DNA of 64,000 nucleotides from an uncultured Candidatus Rokubacteria bacterium (lineage in GTDB: Bacteria; Methylomirabilota; Methylomirabilia; Rokubacteriales; DASRDR01). The DNA lies in NCBI GenBank assembly GCA_963708025.1, contig CAVPSB010000007.1, forward strand, positions 32,001 to 96,000. The letters run 5' to 3'. Under the pieces are notes generated by a model. The model had not been told where the DNA came from. It was given only the letters and a program-made list of their open reading frames with translations, and ran no database searches. Made by a program: the position numbers and the translations under genes. Within the stretch, counting starts at the first letter, position 1. The number at the start of each line of letters is the position of its first letter. Positions 60,419-64,000 of this stretch are shown here, one piece after another.

Positions 60419-61330
60419 ATGCTGCTCGACGGGAAGGTGGCGGTCGTGACGGGGGCCGGTCGTGGGATCGGCCGGGAGATCGCCCTCATGATGGCCGGCG
60501 CCGGGGCCCGGGTGGTCGTCAACGACTTCGGCGGCCGGGAGGACGGGACCGGTGGCGCCACCTTGCCGGCAGACGAGGTCGTGAAGGCGATCGAGGGGGC
60601 CGGAGGCCGGGCGGTCCCGAGCTACGAGTCGGTGGCGTCCATGGCGGGCGGCCAGCGCATCGTCGAGACGGCGCTGGACAGCTTCGGCCGCCTCGACATC
60701 GTCGTGAACAACGCCGGCGTGCTCCGGGACCGGATGATCTTCAACATGACCGAGGAGGAGTGGGACACCGTCATCGCGGTCCACCTCAAGGGGAGCTTCG
60801 CCGTCACCCGGGCGGCGGCACCCCGGTTCAAGGAGCAGCGTTGGGGTCGCTTCGTCAACATGACGTCCACCTCCGGGCTGGTCGGCAACATCGGGCAGGC
60901 GAACTATGCCGCGGCCAAGCTCGGCATCCTGGGCCTGACGCGGGTCACCGCCCTCGACATGGCCCGCTACAACGTGACCGCCAACTGCATCTCGCCGTTC
61001 GCCTGGACGCGGCTGATCGGCACGATCCCGACCGACACGCCGCAGCAGAAGGCACGGGTGGCCAAGCTCGAGAAGATGTCGCCCCGGGACATCGCGCCCC
61101 TGGCCGTCTACCTGGCCTCCGACGACGCGGCCGGCGTGTCCGGGCAGATCTTCGGCGTCCGCGGCAAGGAGATCTTCGTCTTCTCCCAGCCCCGACCGGT
61201 GCGCTCCATCCACCACGCCGAGGGCTGGACCCCCGAGCGACTCGCCGAGGTGCTCCCGGGCAGCCTGGGGCACCACCTGACGCCGCTCGAGACCTCCGGC
61301 CAGTACTTCGCCTATGATCCGCTCGTCTGA
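60419..61330 (+). CDS. SDR oxidoreductase (hydroxyacyl-CoA dehydrogenase-like)
   Basis: VTGAGRGIG, VVVND, NNAGVLRD, NYAAAK. Confidence 0.9.
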   Translation: MLLDGKVAVVTGAGRGIGREIALMMAGAGARVVVNDFGGREDGTGGATLPADEVVKAIEGAGGRAVPSYESVASMAGGQRIVETALDSFGRLDIVVNNAGVLRDRMIFNMTEEEWDTVIAVHLKGSFAVTRAAAPRFKEQRWGRFVNMTSTSGLVGNIGQANYAAAKLGILGLTRVTALDMARYNVTANCISPFAWTRLIGTIPTDTPQQKARVAKLEKMSPRDIAPLAVYLASDDAAGVSGQIFGVRGKEIFVFSQPRPVRSIHHAEGWTPERLAEVLPGSLGHHLTPLETSGQYFAYDPLV

Positions 61331-61463
61331 GAGCGTGTGAAGGGATGGGGTTCTCCGGCTCCCCCCTCCCCCCCGGCCAGAGGCCGAAGGCCGTCCATGA
61401 GTGGGGGAGGGGGGCCAAAGGCCGAAGGCCGTCGATGGATCGGGTGGGCGGGAGGTCCCGAAC
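61331..61463 (+). repeat. Family B repeat, copy B8 (two hairpin modules)
   Basis: Follows the SDR TGA; nearly identical to B9. Confidence 0.9.
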
Positions 61464-62905
61464 GCAGATCAACCGAAGGGGGGCCCGCCACGCCCTCACG
61501 GGCGGCTGACCTGCGGCCCGCCCGGGCCGAGCCGCGCGCGCCCCGCCTCCCCGGTCCTCGCCGCCTCGCGCTGAGCCTCCTGGCCCTGGCCGCCGCGGCC
61601 ACGGCCGGAGCGGACGCCGTTGGCCTCCTGGTCACCGTGGGCGAGGTCGGCGACCGCGCGGCCGTCGTCTGGGTCCGGGCACCCGCGCCGGGGCCGGTGA
61701 TCCTGCACGTCGGCCCGAGCGGGCGGCCGGGAGGGCGCCGGCAGATCCGAGACCAGGCGACGCCGGCGACCGACCTCACGGTCAAGCTGCGCGCCGAGGG
61801 ACTCGCTCCCGCCACACGCCACGCTTACCGGGTGGAGGCCGCCGGGGAGGTGGTGGACGGGGAGTTCGTGACCGCCCCCGAGGCCAGCGCCACCCGCCCG
61901 CTCACGCTCGTGTGGAGCGGCGACCTCGGTGGCGCCGGGCGCTGCCGCTCACCTGGATCGGGCTACCCGATCTTCCGGGCGATGGCCGAGCGTCGGCCCG
62001 ACGTCTTTCTTTTCGTCGGTGACACCATCTACGCCGACCATCGCTGTGGCGGGCCGGAAAACGTGCCGGGCGCCGACTTCCGCGCGGCCGATCTCCCCGG
62101 GTTCCGCGCCAAGCACCGCTACAACCGCGCCGATCCCGCCGTGCAGCGGTTCTTCCGGACGACGGCGGTGTGGGCGATCTGGGACGACCACGAGGTGCGG
62201 AACGACTTCGCGGGGCCCATCGAGCCGCTCATGCCCACCGGTCGACGGGCGTTCCTCGACTACTGGCCGATCCAGCCGCCGGCCGACGATCCGTTCCGGC
62301 TCTACCGGCGGCTCCGCTGGGGACGGCTCGTCGAGGGCTTCATCCTGGACACCCGGCAATACCGGAGCCCCAACGGCGTGTCCGACGGGCCGGGGAAGAC
62401 GATGCTGGGCGAGGCGCAGCGGCAGTGGCTCCTGGCCGGGCTTCGTCGCTCGGACGCCGTCTGGAAGCTGGTGATCTCCAGCGTATCCCTCTCGATCCCG
62501 ACGGGGCGGGTCGCGCGGGACAGCTGGGCGAACGGCAGCACCCACTTCACCCCCGCCGGCACGCCGACCGGCTTCGAGCACGAGCTCCTGCGAATCGTCG
62601 GTGAGCTGGCCGAGGGGCGGATCAGGAACGTGGTCTGGGTAGTGACCGACGTCCACCGGGCCGAGGTGATCCGTCACACGCCGCAGCCGGGGCTCGTCTT
62701 CCACGAGCTGGTCGCGGGACCGCTCTCTGCCGGAGCGGGTCGGCCCGGGGTCCTGGACGACACGCTGCGGCCCGCCCGGCTCTTCGGCGAGGGTGGCTAC
62801 TACAACTTCGGGGAGCTCCGCGCGACCGCGGACGGGCTCGAGGTGCGGATCATCGACGTCGACGGCCGGGTTCGCTTCGAGACGACGCTCACGCCCGAGC
62901 GCTGA
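61464..62905 (+). CDS. phoD: Alkaline phosphatase D family protein (start uncertain)
   Basis: Signal-like RRLALSLLALAAA; GDTIYAD, IWDDHEV, LDTRQYR, TDVH. Confidence 0.85.
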
Positions 62906-62932
62906 CGCCCGAGCGAGTCCTCCCGCGCCTCA

Positions 62933-63065
62933 GTTCGGGACCTCCCGCCCACCCGATCCTTCGACGGCCTTCGGCCTTTGGCCCCCCTCCCCCACCCATG
63001 GACGGCCTTCGGCCTTTGGTCGGGGGGAGGGGGGAGCCGGAGGACCCCATTCCTTCACATATCTC
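62933..63065 (-). repeat. Family B repeat, copy B9
   Basis: TGA-[element]-TGA on the minus strand; the upstream TGA is the Uma2 stop. Confidence 0.9.
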
Positions 63066-63626
63066 TCAGCCGACGATGTCGGCCACCGTGACCGTGATGT
63101 CCAGAAAGCTGCTGGGCGTGACTTGCTCGCCGCGCGATCGGCGCTGTAGATCTCGATACCCGTCCGGGGAGGGCGTCCGGTGGATCTCGATCTCGCCGCC
63201 GTCGAGATCGACGAGCCAGTACTCCACGATGCCCGCTCGGCCGTACAGTCGAGCCTTGACGGTCCGGTCGTAGACGAGGGACGTCTCGGCCACCTCGACG
63301 AGCAGCAGCACGTCGTCGGGTCCCGCATCGGCGTTCCGGTAGAAGTCCGGCCGGGGCTTCAGGAGAAGAAGGTCCGGCTGAGGCTCGGACTGGCGGTTCA
63401 ACCGGACCGCGCCCTGGATCCTGACGATCGCCCGGTCACCACAGCCCAGCGTGAAGCGCCGGTTGAGATAGTCGACCGCGGCCATGTGGCGGCGCCCGAT
63501 GGGTGTCATCTCGACGATCTCCCCCTCGATCAGCTCGACCCGGTCATCTTCGTGGAGAATGCCGGTCGCAGCCATCCGGTGGTACTCGTCGACGCTGAAG
63601 CGACGCCGCTGGACCTCGACGATCAT
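63066..63626 (-). CDS. Uma2-family (PD-(D/E)XK-like) endonuclease
   Basis: FSVDEYHRM, VELIEGEI, EPQPD, VEVAETS, YGRAGIVEYWLVD. Confidence 0.92.
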   Translation of the reverse strand: MIVEVQRRRFSVDEYHRMAATGILHEDDRVELIEGEIVEMTPIGRRHMAAVDYLNRRFTLGCGDRAIVRIQGAVRLNRQSEPQPDLLLLKPRPDFYRNADAGPDDVLLLVEVAETSLVYDRTVKARLYGRAGIVEYWLVDLDGGEIEIHRTPSPDGYRDLQRRSRGEQVTPSSFLDITVTVADIVG

Positions 63627-63646
63627 CGCGAGCCTCCACGCGTATT

Positions 63647-64000
63647 CTAGCGCGAGATCCCTCGGCGGCGGCGCCGCTCGGCCCCCGAACGGGCCTCCGG
63701 CCCGCGGCTCCGCCAGGCCCAGACCGGCCAGGCTGCCAGGCCCAGCACCGTGAGGGCGACGCCGGCCCACTCGACGGCGCCCTCGGCGTACACCAGCTCG
63801 GCCTCGAACACGTCCAGCGGCACGCGGAACTCGAGCAGCCCCCAGGCGTCGGCCCGTGTCTCGAGGCGCCCGTGGCTGCTCTTCGCCTGCCAGAGCGGGT
63901 AGGCCGCGATGCCCGTCTTGACCCACACGCCGCCCGAAGGCGGGACGAGCACCCGGTACCGCCGGTGGGTGATCCGCTCCACCTGGGGCCAGGGACGATC
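63647..64000 (-). CDS. C-terminal part of a membrane protein (truncated by window edge)
   Basis: Open frame with a C-terminal TM (WAGVALTVLGLAAWPVW) and basic tail. Confidence 0.6.
   Translation of the reverse strand, partial: DRPWPQVERITHRRYRVLVPPSGGVWVKTGIAAYPLWQAKSSHGRLETRADAWGLLEFRVPLDVFEAELVYAEGAVEWAGVALTVLGLAAWPVWAWRSRGPEARSGAERRRRRGISR

Overview
Very GC-rich bacterial chromosomal window, densely coding (about 65 genes). No rRNA, tRNA, CRISPR array, transposase or integrase was recognised. Housekeeping and metabolic blocks: a DNA-repair operon (short MutY plus a UDG-Nudix fusion), ygfZ-yyaL, a peptide ABC importer with two aminopeptidases, a TPP-riboswitch thiS-thiG-thiE-thiO operon, tldD-pmbA-tatD, emrAB-type efflux, uppP, moeA/xdhC, hyi, selD, phoD and a Uma2 nuclease. 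Four things stand out. (1) About 19 short, highly structured non-coding elements in four families (A-D) lie mostly just 3' of stop codons. Many are bounded by a duplicated TGA/TAA/TAG, two families carry a mobile-looking 20-bp cUUCGg hairpin module, and two insertions have visibly split overlapping stop/start junctions (one with a 14-bp duplication). (2) Two selenoprotein genes are truncated in the ORF track (selD, UxC motif; a DsbA/FrnE-like protein, UPWC motif), with similarly built SECIS-like hairpins. (3) A ~9 kb co-oriented cluster of uncharacterised envelope genes: Pro-rich TPR protein, TPR-CsgG-like lipoprotein, Ser/Thr kinase, PDZ lipoprotein and secreted unknowns. (4) Many single-base frameshifts, mainly at 9.9-14.7 kb, most likely sequencing or assembly indels. 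All calls come from reading motifs by eye; no database searches were run.
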